The position numbers were made by a program, and so were the translations under genes. Under the pieces are notes generated by a model. That model was not told the DNA's origin, searched no databases, and saw nothing but the letters and a program-made list of their open reading frames with translations. A stretch of DNA of 63,924 bases, filler included, from Octopus bimaculoides (Eukaryota): assembly GCF_001194135.2 (NCBI RefSeq). It is 5 parts of 5 records of this genome, joined end to end, with 100 filler letters (N's around TTAATTAATTAA, not from the genome) between each part and the next. Parts side by side here need not be neighbours in the genome. Positions count along the whole stretch, not along the records: positions 26,424 to 45,990 come from NC_068985.1; 4 more parts are not named here. One strand, given 5' to 3'. This document shows positions 28,323-42,500 of the stretch, piece by piece (within the stretch, counting starts at the first letter, position 1; the number at the start of each line of letters is the position of its first letter).

Positions 28323-31075
28323 TGTTTACGTGTTTGTTTATGTTTGTGCGCGTTTATTCATCTTTTACTTGTGATTAACAACTGAGGAAAAATTACAGTT
28401 TTCTCATAATTTGGCTTGGATGGTGTACACATTTTGAAACCTTATTTGGTAATTGAGAAAGTAATATTATAAAATAAAATGAATACAACTGACTCGAAGA
28501 AATTCAAAATATTTATGAAGTAACAATTTAACAGTTGATTTCCGGATGCTCATAGCCTCCTACTGACAGGTGTTTTTGTCCCGTTTAGAAAACACCTAAC
28601 ACACCGAGATTTCCGACTTCAACGAAACTATTAATCACTTAGTAGCTTTCATTAATTCTTTATTCACAGTAAAATTCACACAGTTAGCACACACATTCTC
28701 ACATAAATAAATACTCACATATATGATTATATAATGTGTATACCTGTCAGTGTATACATGTTGAAAGGGTGTATGAACCAAAGTGCTGGAACAGGTGTTC
28801 CTCTGAATCAAGTATTATTTTTAACTTAATGAACTATGGGGAAAGCTATGAAACATAAGATGGTATAACAAAAGGACCAATATCGTATATATTGATACAA
28901 AAATTATAAATCGAAATTGCTGTATGATTTCTTTTGCCATTTAAAAGGAAATACTGACCGGAAAAATTATAAAGTCTAATTTTGCACCAACAAAGATTGA
29001 TGATGCTTTGTTTCTGTCGTTTAGCTTGACATCTGATTTATAGAATAGCAAGTAGACACTTGAAGAGAGGAAACACCACGTTAACACTGTTTTACATTGT
29101 GTGATACTAGTCCAGAATTCATTAATACGTTCAATTCTTTAATGATTGGCAAAGGAAAATTTTGATTGCCATTTCTAGTCTGCCTTTCAACTGCGCACAT
29201 ATATTTTCTTTGATTTATCCATTAAAGTAATGGCCGAAAGATTCTTTTAAAATTTGAAATTGTTTATATGGCGATAATATATTACTTACATTATTACTCT
29301 TGTTGGGATATACAGATTATATTATTAAGAAGAATCATGAAATATCTTACTATATCATCCGTACAAAATTTCTGTCTTCTGTGTTCTCAATCATCTTCTA
29401 ATGCTTTTGCGTTTGTACACATGGCAAAAGATATTTAAACATCATCACATACATAACTCTGATCGAAATATATTAAAATTTCCGATGTGTATGTCACATT
29501 GATAAAGCTGTTTTTGTATATAGTCTTATTTGACTTTACGCATATTCACTAGGTGTTTTCCCATCAGAAATGGCACCACGAAAACGAATTATTAATATTT
29601 TTGCTCATGAAGTTTTGTGTATTTTCACACATTTCGATTTCGACTTTCCCCCCACCCTTTTCTCTATCAGCTAAATATTTCTTTCCTTTAAAAACACCTG
29701 TACGTATGTATACCTATATGTACACAATATATATGAGTGTATAAATCTGATACATGCATACATAGGTGCGCATACGCATAAACATATATACATATGTGCA
29801 TACATGAATACATGAATACATACATGCACACATACCTACATACCTACAGACAGACGTACATGCATACATATATGTTTATGTTTATATACGTATGTGTCTA
29901 TGTATAAGCGTATATGCATACATACGACTCACACGCATATTTTCTACAACCATACAATTTGTATATATAACAGCTGTGTGTGCGTTTGTGTATGTATATA
30001 TTCCTCAAAAAATTAGGGCAAAATACAACAAAAGTATACAATGAAAAATATCAAGCAAAATACATGAAGAAGAACAACACTTGAATCCAGTGAAAGTTAA
30101 AACCACATAACAGATATAACGAAATATCGCCAAAAAGAATTAGAGTGAAAAATTCGGTCGTGTAAGTTAAAGATATAACAACGACAGTGAAACTCTCTTG
30201 GAAAGAATGCGCAAAAAAAAAAAAAGATAACATGTTCAGTGAATATGAAATGATTCAATTTGGTTAAGAAGAAAAAGAAAATAGAAAACTAAAACCAAAA
30301 TATTTATTTCTTTTCGCAATATTTTATCGTTGTTCTCAATACTTCCGTTTTTAGTTCTCTTTCTTTGCAATATATTATTCTTTTTGCTTCTGCAAATGCC
30401 TCTCTTGTTTTCTTCCTGCTGCTGTTGTTGACTTCTAAATTTCTCGTTTCCCTTACATGATTCATGGGTCTTCGTTTTTTTTTTTTCCTCTTCTCTGACT
30501 CCATTGGTTGCTAATGNNNNNNNNNNNNNNNNNNNNNNNNNNNNNNNNNNNNNNNNNNNNNNNNNNNNNNNNNNNNNNNNNNNNNNNNNNNNNNNNNNNN
30601 NNNNNNNNNNNNNNNNNNNNNNNNNNNNNNNNNNNNNNNNNNNNNNNNNNNNNNNNNNNNNNNNNNNNNNNNNNNNNNNNNNNNNNNNNNNNNNNNNNNN
30701 NNNNNNNNNNNNNNNNNNNNNNNNNNNNNNNNNNNNNNNNNNNNNNNNNNNNNNNNNNNNNNNNNNNNNNNNNNNNNNNNNNNNNNNNNNNNNNNNNNNN
30801 NNNNNNNNNNNNNNNNNNNNNNNNNNNNNNNNNNNNNNNNNNNNNNNNNNNNNNNNNNNNNNNNNNNNNNNNNNNNNNNNNNNNNNNNNNNNNNNNNNNN
30901 NNNNNNNNNNNNNNNNNNNNNNNNNNNNNNNNNNNNNNNNNNNNNNNNNNNNNNNNNNNNNNNNNNNNNNNNNNNNNNNNNNNNNNNNNNNNNNNNNNNN
31001 NNNNNNNNNNNNNNNNNNNNNNNNNNNNNNNNNNNNNNNNNNNNNNNNNNNNNNNNNNNNNNNNNNNNNNNNNNN

Positions 31076-31135
<60 letters not shown>

Positions 31136-31238
31136 CACACGCAACACACACATAATCAAATTCTCAATGACTTTTCCTATGCCGTTCGTAAAGTTTCCTA
31201 AATGTAACCCTTTGTGGTTAATAAAGAAATCATCATCC

Positions 31239-31269
<31 letters not shown>

Positions 31270-32977
31270 TACTGAGTCAGAGAGCAGTGTAGAAATCAAC
31301 GTGTCGCTTGTGGTACAAATATACGTATCCCAATTTACGCATCGTGAATGCACGTCTGATAAATGTATACAAATTTCTGTGCGCAAAATGGTTACATCAT
31401 ATCAAGATAAGCAACCCATAACCTTGCAGATAAGACCCAGTTACAATTTCCTTTACATCCAGTAGCCAATCCCGCACAAAAGATCTTGGAGAAAAATTTG
31501 CTTAAGGATGGATAAAATACCCAATTTTCGAGGGGGGATTTTTCAAATCGCCAAGAATTCCTCTCAACACATGGCTGTGATGCTCCCCCGCTATTCTTGC
31601 ACGTGATCAGAAATGCACGTATCGTCTGTCACTAAAGGACATGCTCAACTGGAGCAAAATGTTTGCTGTAGTAGTCCATCTTTTACATCAAGACAGGTAT
31701 AAGTGCCACTGCCTATTATTGCATCATCAACGTCGTCGTCCTCGTCATCGTCCTCGTCATCGTTTTCGTCATCCTCCTCCTCCTCCTCCTCATCATCATC
31801 ATCACCATCATCATCATTATTATTATTATTGTTACTATCTTATTTCATTTTTATTTACATTTCTTACCGAGTGACTTCCCAACACCTAGGGCAAAGCAGC
31901 TCAGTGTATACATGAGTAGGTCATTGAAATAAACACACCAGACATTTTATTTATAAAGTCCTGTGATAGACAAAACGGGAAGAAAGGATGAGGAATGAAA
32001 GAAAAGAAACAAAATGAAACAAAAAGCAAAGGAAATAAGGGGCAAAGGAAAGAAAACTCACAGCGACAATTCTCCTCTCAATACGTGTGACGTGCCTCTA
32101 AAGACCATTTTTTTCCCACTTCTTGTATGGATGGTATGCCAGAGATCATTTAAAAATAATTTTCAGTTTTCCTTTTGATCGTTTCCAGGTGTTGTACAAT
32201 CAGTGATGTTGTAACCGTCTTGAGATGCCATAATTTTAAAATTTCAATCAGCAGATCTTTATATTTTCTGAGCTTATCAAATTCTTTTGCTGAGATATTA
32301 TGATCACAATGTATGCTCATAACAGTCAATGAACCAAATAATATTGTTTTGGTCTTTCACAACAATTTCTGGTTTATTAGCTTTGATGGTCCAGTCTATC
32401 TGTCCTGGAAAGTGCTAAAGAGTCGTTACATTTTCATTCGTGTTTGTTTTTTCCGTGGATAAGATATCTCAAGAACCGCTGGATGGATTCGAATGAAACT
32501 TTCAGGGATGTTTGGTGTGGAAACTAGCATATGTGCCCTTGTGTATCCAAGCACCCAAAAGACCCAAGACTCAGAAAAATACAGGACAGCGTCCTCATAA
32601 ATGAAACTTTCCCAATACTAAATAAGAAATATACATAGCAGATACTGAAAGGAAAACAAAACATGCCCCCATACCCACAGTTTACACAGGTAGAGTAGAA
32701 TAGTTAGTGGGCTGTTATGTAGTTAGATGTATGTACGTGTGTGTGTGTGGGGGGGGGCCTATATATGTGTATATGCACATATATGTAAGCATATAGATAT
32801 CAAAATAAACAGATCCGCATACAGACAGATAGGTACATAGATTATATGAACAGACAAGTACACATACTAAAATAGAGAGTAAAACACATGACCATATATA
32901 CACACACACTTTACTTCACACCAGGACACATATGGAGATGCACATCCATACACACCAAAAAGGTACATAGTTGCAAA

Positions 32978-33008
<31 letters not shown>

Positions 33009-34029
33009 CACACACACACACGCACAAACACACACACACACACACACACACACAGAGGTGCATACATATACAAACATACGCACACTCACATACATAAAAA
33101 ATACACAAAGACGGACATGCAAGCCCATGAATATGCAGAATACATACATACTGATGCACACACATGCATACATATATACATATGCATACACACACATATA
33201 TACATAAACACACATACATACATACATACATGCATGCATGCATGCATACATACATACATACATACATACACACATACATACATACATACATACATACACG
33301 CGTGCATGCATAGNNNNNNNNNNNNNNNNNNNNNNNNNNNNNNNNNNNNNNNNNNNNNNNNNNNNNNNNNNNNNNNNNNNNNNNNNNNNNNNNNNNNNNN
33401 NNNNNNNNNNNNNNNNNNNNNNNNNNNNNNNNNNNNNNNNNNNNNNNNNNNNNNNNNNNNNNNNNNNNNNNNNNNNNNNNNNNNNNNNNNNNNNNNNNNN
33501 NNNNNNNNNNNNNNNNNNNNNNNNNNNNNNNNNNNNNNNNNNNNNNNNNNNNNNNNNNNNNNNNNNNNNNNNNNNNNNNNNNNNNNNNNNNNNNNNNNNN
33601 NNNNNNNNNNNNNNNNNNNNNNNNNNNNNNNNNNNNNNNNNNNNNNNNNNNNNNNNNNNNNNNNNNNNNNNNNNNNNNNNNNNNNNNNNNNNNNNNNNNN
33701 NNNNNNNNNNNNNNNNNNNNNNNNNNNNNNNNNNNNNNNNNNNNNNNNNNNNNNNNNNNNNNNNNNNNNNNNNNNNNNNNNNNNNNNNNNNNNNNNNNNN
33801 NNNNNNNNNNNNNNNNNNNNNNNNNNNNNNNNNNNNNNNNNNNNNNNNNNNNNNNNNNNNNNNNNNNNNNNNNNNNNNNNNNNNNNNNNNNNNNNNNNNN
33901 NNNNNNNNNNNNNNNNNNNNNNNNNNNNNNNNNNNNNNNNNNNNNNNNNNNNNNNNNNNNNNNNNNNNNNNNNNNNNNNNNNNNNNNNNNNNNNNNNNNN
34001 NNNNNNNNNNNNNNNNNNNNNNNNNNNNA

Positions 34030-34206
34030 GTGAGAGAAAGTTGTGGTGGAAGAGTACAGCAGGGTTCGCCATCATCCCCTGCCGGAACCTTGTGGAGCTT
34101 TAGGTGTTTTCGCTCAATAAACACTCACAACACCCGGTCTGGGAATCGAAACCGCGATCCTATGACCGCGAGTCCGCTGCCCTAACCACTGGGCCATTGC
34201 GCCTCC
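34030..34206 (-). mobile_element. tRNA-derived SINE family A, 5' part (remainder lost in gap)
   Basis: Near-exact reverse complement of the head of the copy at 51590 (TGGCCCAGTGGTTAGG A-box, GTTTCGATTCCC B-box). Confidence 0.9.
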
Positions 34207-34286
34207 ACAATCGACTAATACCCTCCCATCAAGACAATTTCAGGCCATGTGCCTTTAGTAGAAAGGATTATTATTATTATTATGAA

Positions 34287-34432
34287 ACTGGCTAGCTGGC
34301 AGAACCGTTAGCAAGCCGGGCAAAATACACCGCGGCATTTCGTCTGTTCTGGTTTCGTATACCACCAAGGCTAACTTTACCTTTTATCCTTTCGGGGTAG
34401 GTGAAATAAGTACCAGTTGAGAACTGGGGACG
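34287..34432 (+). mobile_element. tRNA-derived SINE family B, internally deleted copy
   Basis: AGCTGGCAGAACCGTTAGCAAGCCGGGCAAAAT head and CCTTTCGGGGT...AAATAAGTACCAGTT core. Confidence 0.7.
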
Positions 34433-34713
34433 AATTATTATTATTATTATTATTTTATGTTTGACTTTTGCTTTGCATTTGTACAAGTTGGATCCGTCTC
34501 ACCCAGAGAACTCAAGAGACAACAAGTTAGAAGTTCATGTAGGTGTTATGCCTGTTGCTGCTGCTGCTGCTGCTGTTGTTGTTGTTGTTGTTATTTCTTC
34601 TGAATTTACATTTGCTCCTCATAACGGACGTCTCAGAAAAGATCAGAATATTATAAAAATATTGCATCTCAATGTTGGAGCAGCAACAGCATAATATATT
34701 TGCAAAATGAAGG

Positions 34714-34770
<57 letters not shown>

Positions 34771-35702
34771 ACATGTATGCGTATACATATACACAGGCAT
34801 ACTTCTATGTGACCTATGTGTACGTATATATACTTCTATATCTACATATGTATCTATCTATACGCACGCACACACACATACACACACACATACACACACA
34901 TACNNNNNNNNNNNNNNNNNNNNNNNNNNNNNNNNNNNNNNNNNNNNNNNNNNNNNNNNNNNNNNNNNNNNNNNNNNNNNNNNNNNNNNNNNNNNNNNNN
35001 NNNNNNNNNNNNNNNNNNNNNNNNNNNNNNNNNNNNNNNNNNNNNNNNNNNNNNNNNNNNNNNNNNNNNNNNNNNNNNNNNNNNNNNNNNNNNNNNNNNN
35101 NNNNNNNNNNNNNNNNNNNNNNNNNNNNNNNNNNNNNNNNNNNNNNNNNNNNNNNNNNNNNNNNNNNNNNNNNNNNNNNNNNNNNNNNNNNNNNNNNNNN
35201 NNNNNNNNNNNNNNNNNNNNNNNNNNNNNNNNNNNNNNNNNNNNNNNNNNNNNNNNNNNNNNNNNNNNNNNNNNNNNNNNNNNNNNNNNNNNNNNNNNNN
35301 NNNNNNNNNNNNNNNNNNNNNNNNNNNNNNNNNNNNNNNNNNNNNNNNNNNNNNNNNNNNNNNNNNNNNNNNNNNNNNNNNNNNNNNNNNNNNNNNNNNN
35401 NNNNNNNNNNNNNNNNNNNNNNNNNNNNNNNNNNNNNNNNNNNNNNNNNNNNNNNNNNNNNNNNNNNNNNNNNNNNNNNNNNNNNNNNNNNNNNNNNNNN
35501 NNNNNNNNNNNNNNNNNNNNNNNNNNNNNNNNNNNNNNNNNATTTTATCATTTTGATTTTCTTTTCCCCTTCTTTATGTTAATAGTTTGTTGCAGAGGAC
35601 TAATGTCACCTTCCGGGCAGATGTCCCCCACCCCACACTTCGTTAAAAGTTATTTTATTTTCGGTGGCTTTATTAGAAATGAAAAAGCAAAAACAATAAG
35701 CA

Positions 35703-35706
35703 TTCA

Positions 35707-35738
<32 letters not shown>

Positions 35739-36080
35739 TTACTACTACTACTACTACTATTGCTGCTGCTGCTGCTGCTTCCGCCGCCGCCACCGCCACC
35801 GCTGCTGCTGCTGCTATTACTGCTACTACTACTACGACGACGACGATGACGACGAGGTTGATAGCAATGATGATTACTACTACAGTGGCTGCTACTGCTC
35901 TCCATGCTACAACTGCAACAACTATTGCTTCTACTACTGCAGCAACTACTACCAACACTACCACTATTTTTGTTTCTGTTGCTCCTACTCCTGCTCCTCC
36001 TACTGCCCCTCCCCCTGCACCTCCTCCTGCTCCTCCTGCACCTCCTCCTGCACCTCCTGTTCCTGCTCCTCCTCCTCTTC
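35703..36080. repeat. Compound triplet microsatellite (ACT/GCT/GCC/GAC/CCT)
   Basis: Successive short-period triplet tracts are directly visible. Confidence 0.95.
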
Positions 36081-37279
36081 CCTCCCATTTCAGTGGAATT
36101 TAATCTCGAGATGTACTTTTTTTTCAGCGAATTAAGATACTGCAAATATAGCATTACTCATTATCCTGACCTGCAATTCATTTACATTAGTATATTATTG
36201 CTAATACCAAGAATATTTCCGACGCCATGGTCGCTCATATTCTGCACTAAAACTCTGCCTCACACAAGGCATTGCTTTCCACTGGGTCTTATATGGAGAA
36301 TACAATAATACTTCACCAGCATTCCAGAAACCAAACATATCTTTGGTCTCTATTACAGAACAACATTTGAGTGCCATACGTTTCGGGTGTGTCTGATACA
36401 AGCCAAGATAATACCAATATTCTTGGGATAATCTTTTGAAGGTGTAGTGTCTCCTGATCAAAGCAATCTTTTCTTCCGACGTTCCTACATATTTCTTTGC
36501 TCAAATCAATACATGTTGTGTGTTCATTTTGTGTTATTTCAGTCTCATGCTTACGTTTTCACATTGTTTGCTTGTTGGGTTTTATTCTGAGTAACGATTC
36601 TTGATGTTATATTCTACATCCTCTCTCTGCCACAGTGGCGAACTTATTGAACAGCAAAAAACAAAGCTCGAAAATCACGTATATTACTAAAAGAATTTCT
36701 AGAGACTACCCTTCTTTTCTAGAATGTAAATTAAAAAGAGAACGTTAAAAATGGTGCCAAGCAATACCGGAAGAGAATATTTTCATCAGATCTTTATGAA
36801 ATGTGACGCTTCAATGAAGCAACCATTTGAGTTTAAATTAATAATTTAGTGTTAGGGTCAGGTTTAGGTTTTCAGGATTGGTGTTCATTTTGTTGAAGGA
36901 GGCTTAGGACGACAGATGGTGTACAATAAAATAGAATAATAATCGAAACATATCCACAGGCAAGAATATCTATTGCCAGTTTATTTCATTCATATGTAAT
37001 ATAATTCCTCTTCTTCATTCCCGATAAAAGGTCCCATCATACTGAACCCTAATTCACTTGCTTAGTGATTTCAGTGATAAAGAATGAGCACCAATAATAA
37101 CAATAATGACTTGTTTTATCGATCAGAAGAGCCCAAGAAATGGAGGACAATATTGAAGGACGATATACAATGCACACACACACACAAAAAGTAAACATGG
37201 CGGGCTATTATCAATCAAGTGGAGATACTACCACATTAAAGGTTATAACAAAGGATATATAATAAAAAGTAGAGAAATA

Positions 37280-37791
37280 AATAAAAATTAAATAAATAAA
37301 TACAATCTCATATAGCGGGGCAGTCCATTTAGCATAATCAGGGGTAAACCCCACACAAAAATCCGATTACTCTGACATCCCCAGGGCACACGAAAGTGCC
37401 TACTTCCAGTTTTTTCTTCTTGCTTATTCAGAGGCGATCCATTTAATGTCACTAGTCTTGCCACTGTCGCTCACCTTTTGATAAATACAATAGAAGGAAG
37501 CGCCTCCCTCTCTACTCTCACCTTCCTCTTCAAATATTTGAAGAATTTGATGAGGGCTTTGAAAGTGAATTTCTTCAAACCTTTCAGACGGGTCCACCAC
37601 ACAAATTCTTTTGCCACAGCCACTAAGCAGAGAAAGATCTGTCTTCCTTCTCTGCTAAGGGAAAGTGCTGCGTTTATGTTCACTATACACTCGGCAGAGA
37701 GCTTAATTCGTCTTGCACTGGACAACAGCTGCCCCACACAATCTCACAGCTCTCCAACGTAGGGACACTGAATTATTACATGCAGGATGGT

Positions 37792-37795
<4 letters not shown>
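37280..37795 (-). mobile_element. L1/Tx1-type LINE, 3' end of ORF2 and 3' UTR
   Basis: The minus strand gives TILHVIIQCP (C-terminal zinc knuckle remnant), AVAKEFVWWTRLKGL and LIKFFKYLKRKVRVEREAL..VFIKR, an L1/Tx1-like ORF2 C-terminus. Confidence 0.7.
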
Positions 37796-37823
<28 letters not shown>

Positions 37824-37824
<1 letters not shown>

Positions 37825-38264
37825 GCCTTCTGTTTATGGATGACCAGAAATTGTTTGGGAAATCTGAAAAACAGATTCCTTTACTAAAACAGTCCAGAAA
37901 TGTGATAGTGACATCGGTATGGAATTTCGGATTACCAAATGTTCAGTATTTAATATGAAAAGAGGGAAGAAGGCAGCCTGCAGAGGATTGCGGTTACCAT
38001 CAGGAGAGACAATGGGTGAACTCGGCGGTAGTGGGTATAGATATTTAGAGATTTTGGAGGTGGATGACATTCTACACAGAGAAATGAAAGTCAAGGTCAG
38101 CGAGCGAGTTGTATCAAAAAGGGGTGAAGATGGTGTTGAAATCCAAACTGAATGCTAAAAATTTGATTGCTGCAATGAATATCTGGGCGGTTTTAGTGGT
38201 CAGATGTAGCGTGTCCATCCTTCAATGGACTAAGGAGGAAATATCAACACTGAATAGGCCTCAC
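37824..38264 (+). mobile_element. R4/Dong-clade (RLE) non-LTR retrotransposon fragment, RT C-terminal part
   Basis: Frameshifted peptides read LLFMDDQKLFG (YxDD-type motif), MEFRITKCS, YRYLEILEVDDI, VLKSKLNAKNLIAAMNIWAV and WTKEEI. The fragment starts immediately after an (AAT)n tract at about 37794-37823. Confidence 0.85.
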
Positions 38265-40930
38265 ATATCAACACTGAAAGGCCTCACATGTTTGCCGGGA
38301 GTCGCTCAGCTCGTGTCCGAATTGGCGTTTTGTTACCACGCTGCGCCTCCGCCACGTGTGCCCATCAATCTGCTTTGATCCCTTCGTTTCTTAGAGCACG
38401 CGCTTTAGCTCTGACAATGCAACCTTCATGTTTCGCATTGAAGAACCTGTCTAATGCCTTTCTCACAGCTAGCACGTCGGTTGCAATGCCATTAAAATAG
38501 CCACATCTAGTGTAGCTACTAACTACTCCTTTCTATTTTTCTAACGATATTTCTTTGCTGAACCCTATTGATAATACTCTAATCTCTCTTTTGCGAACCA
38601 CCCACCACCTGTCAACTTTTTCTCAACTAAATTGCTGACCCGATCCCTGTAAGCTTTACGAGCCGAAAATGACATCCTCAGCGTCCAGTACCCGGGTCCT
38701 AACCTACGCCTCTTACATTGGTCGACAGTACTGATCACAAACTTATGGTCTGAATAGACGACTATTTTAAAAAGTGGACATCCTACACTATTACTATCTA
38801 TTTTCCTAGTGAAAATCTTATCTATATACGATCTAGATGATAATAAGTGGTTGGTCCAGCTCCACACTGGAGCATTATGAAAATTTCGTCGGTATCTATC
38901 AGAGAGTTGGAACTGGCTGCTCAGGTACTTTAGGCTTTTGCACCCCACTTTTCTATCAGCTACTCCCACACAATCCCAGCGTTGATCTAAGATTCCGTTC
39001 GCATCCTCTTCTAATAGTAAAGAACGCGAAGTACCTAAAAGGCTTTCACACGCCTAAAGATAACCGGCCGTTTGGCTCCGATATGAGTGCAGACGGCTAC
39101 CAATCTAAAGACACTACCTTAACTATTGGTCACATCCAAGATCACCAACATTCCGTCCGTGTCCTGGAAGATCGACTTCACCTCGTGATCCAGTTTTCTC
39201 CTAAACAGCACTGCCACATCACCTCCCACTCCCGACCGACTAACAGATGTAAAGATCTCGTAGTCGTCGACCATGGGTGCCAATGTGCATGTATTGGAAA
39301 TCTTAGTTTCAATGACATCAATTGCATTCAATTTTAGAGACCTGAGTTCATTGAGCAAGGGCCCCGGCTTCCAGGGTGACACCAGGTCGCGAACAGTTAA
39401 ACATCTTACTCATATTGGCAAGCTGAAGGGAGAAGGGAAAGGTTTACTTACCTCCCGGTGTCTTGTGAAGGTCGGGTAATTCGTCTTGTCTTCCATAATT
39501 GGTGGGGTCTTTATTGGGAACCCCTTTAAGAGCCTCGATGTGGGTCTGTCGTTCGCGGTTCCCATGTGCTCCGAAAGCATTCTCGAATTTTTGTGTAGGA
39601 ATCCAGCAACATTCGCACCAGCAGTAAATTTTCTGGTAGACGAAACGTGTTCGATTCGAATATCACCCACAACTGTTTCAAATTCCGTGTTTTGTGTTAC
39701 ATGGGCCCTCAGTTTCTCGTTGTCTTTTCTGATGAGTACGAAGTTGGGTGTTTTCTGTTGTTTAATTTGTTTGCTTGAATGTAGTGGTGAAGGTCTAGTT
39801 GCTGTTGCTTCTGTTGCGTGTGTTTGTGTGCTGTGAACGTGGTGCCTGCAATTGTAGATGGATTGTATGAGCGTTTGTTTTTGTTTAGGCTGTTTTTTTT
39901 TGGGGGGGGGTTCTGGTGATAGTGATGGTGTCGGTTGTGCTGCTGTCGGTGTTTTTGGGAGATGTTTGCGTGGGTGGTGTGTGTATTTTTTATTGTAGGT
40001 GTTATGCTTTGTGGAGTTTTTCTGTTGTATATTCTTTTTTTTTTTTTGGACCTTTTGGTTTTCCTTCATCTTCTCTATTGGAAGATGAAGGGTTTGTTTC
40101 TGTAAGTGTGTCTTTGTCTGTGTGTATGTCTATAATCTTGTTTATGTGTGTATTTTTGTTTGGTGTGAGGAGCGGGGTGAGCTTACCTTGTTTCCGCCTT
40201 CATTTCTGATGTTGTTGCTGTTGGTTTTGCCGCTGCTGGCGTTGCTTGCGGTCCTCGTCCCAGCGTGGACAGCAGTGGGGGAGGGGGGGTGATCTCTTGC
40301 ACTTTCTATCAGTTGGGGGCCAACGAGCTCGCCTTTTGCTCTCAGTTATGATGTATATAAATTGTCACCTTCTGGATACGGATGTGGTCCGGGTGTTTTT
40401 GTTTCCGGGACAGATCTGGAGTAGTATCTCCCAATCAACTCTGGACCAGTTCTTCTGGAGGTTCTTGTCGCCTCTATCAGGACAGTATCCGTTTCTCCAC
40501 TATTACGCATCCCAGAAGCCACCACATATCTAGCCCTGTTAGGTTCGTAGGTATGCGGACACGTGCTGTACTTTTACCCATGTGGGAGGGGTACAAAATG
40601 ACTTTGCTGGTTTTGCAGGAGTTCATTGAATATTTTATAGCGATATCTTCTGACTTAAACAGTAGCGAAATGGTGCCGTAATGTTTGCCCCTCGCTAAGT
40701 ATTCCAGGTCATTTGTGATGCACTTCAGCCCCACCTCAATGTCTACTTGGGATATTGAAGCCGCTCTTTTCGTGTCTTCTTAGGTGCATCTCAAAAGCAC
40801 CGTTCTTCTCTCTACTACTTCAATTGCCTCTCACGGGATTGTCAAATAGTCCCAACTCTTCTCTTGTTTTATTAGTTTCCATGCCTGTGTTAGCGTCTGC
40901 TCCCTATTTGTGAGGTCTACGATAATGCGC
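38265..40930 (-). mobile_element. L1/Tx1-type LINE, decayed ORF1 + APE endonuclease + linker (RT absent)
   Basis: ORF1 pieces include LEYLARGKHYGTISLLFKSED and YPSHMGKSTARVRI. APE motifs include VIETK, GGDVAVLFRRK, SRSYIDKIF, YSDHKFV and GPGYW. The post-APE linker reads EGCIVRAKARALRNEGIKA..QRGNK. The 5' edge abuts an (ATT)n tract at about 40940-41000. Confidence 0.85.
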
Positions 40931-40938
40931 TGTGACAA

Positions 40939-41001
<63 letters not shown>

Positions 41002-42224
41002 TGTTGTTAAAAGTCAAATTTTTTTCTTCTCTTTAGTAATCAGTAGAACTCCTGCCGATATAAAAACCGCTTTGCTTTACTATTCAATTTAAGACGACCG
41101 CAAGGAAATCTATTGGTATTATATAAAACAGCAACAAATTGGTTCCTATGATAATTATTGTATGGAATAACACATAAAATCTGGAAACAGAATCTGTTGT
41201 GAGAAAATGAAAAATGCTAAAGAGAATTGACGCATAGAGGGAAAGCAAGAAGCGGATATGAGAGATACGGCAATGAAGTCTTTAAATAATTTTATAGGGA
41301 ATTTAGGCATAAGAATTTGTTGGAAAATCATCTGTAATTCTTTCGTTTTATTTCGTTCATGGTTCATATTTTCGTTTATTTGCTTCGCCCGGTATCATTT
41401 GACTTTAGACTGTCTGAGTTTCACCTCTCATTCATTGTTTGATGGTACAATTCAGAATACAGACACATACACGCGTACGCGCACACACACATACACACAC
41501 TCTCATATTGATATTGCATATTCATCATTCATTACTTCATTAAACTATGTTCAGCATACTACTACTGCGGTTTTGACATATGTATCGAAAAAAACGCATT
41601 AAAATATGCTGTACACTTCTATCGCAATTAATATACAAACACTTACACATAAATCTGTATATGCATGTATTGTGCGCGCGCGCATGCATGAGTGTGTATG
41701 TATTTTTCCTTTTTAAAAACTTACCATATGCGTTTATCAATATATGTATATTACATTCTTTAGTGTACCTTTGTCGTTGAATACACTGCTGTAACATTTA
41801 AATGAATATTGAAGTAAGGTTCACTTCAAAAATAGAGATTTCTTACATAACAGCCTTCTGTCACAATAGACGTTAAAATGATTATCCTACTTAGTTCCTT
41901 GTTCGAAGTTCATCACGGAAAAATCAGTGTAAGTATTATATCAATTTATAGTTTTAAAAAATTCAAAAATATCAAATTTGCTGCTTAACTTCCATAAAGT
42001 AATGAAGGAAAGCCAGGTGTTAATCTTGTGGGAGCATATGCACAGAAATTATACCGAGAACAAATTAAAATGCTCCTTTGACTTTTATTAATCAAGTAAA
42101 TATGGAAATATATTTAGTTCAACTCCTGACACAGTCTCTGCATCATTATTTTGGCCTCGTATTTTATCCCTCTATTTCGTTATCTGATTCAGTGCTCCCT
42201 GGATCTTGTGACTACGATGACCGC

Positions 42225-42288
42225 CACCGTCCTAACCACTATCACAACCAAAACCACCACTACCACCATCACCTCCACCACCACCGCC

Positions 42289-42319
<31 letters not shown>

Positions 42320-42500
42320 TCATCATCATCAATAACAACAACAACAACGACAACAACAACAACAACAACGACGACGACAACAACAACAACAACAACAACA
42401 GCAACAACAACAATAAGGATTATTACAACAATGACAAAGAGGAAAACAAGAACGAAGATATCGAAAACAGCAACAACAACAATAAAAATGGCTACAACAG
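42225..42500. repeat. Compound triplet microsatellite (CAC/CAA/CAT/GAC)
   Basis: Successive triplet tracts are directly visible. Confidence 0.95.

Noticed and set aside
31440-32520. Probable dispersed-repeat fragments (about 31440-31650 and 32430-32520)
   Set aside because: They look repeat-like but have no second copy, TSD or peptide in this window to support a call.
35606-36154. Mucin-like T/A/P-rich and S/R-rich ORFs
   Set aside because: They are translations of a compound triplet microsatellite that is open in several frames on both strands, with no splice or domain support.
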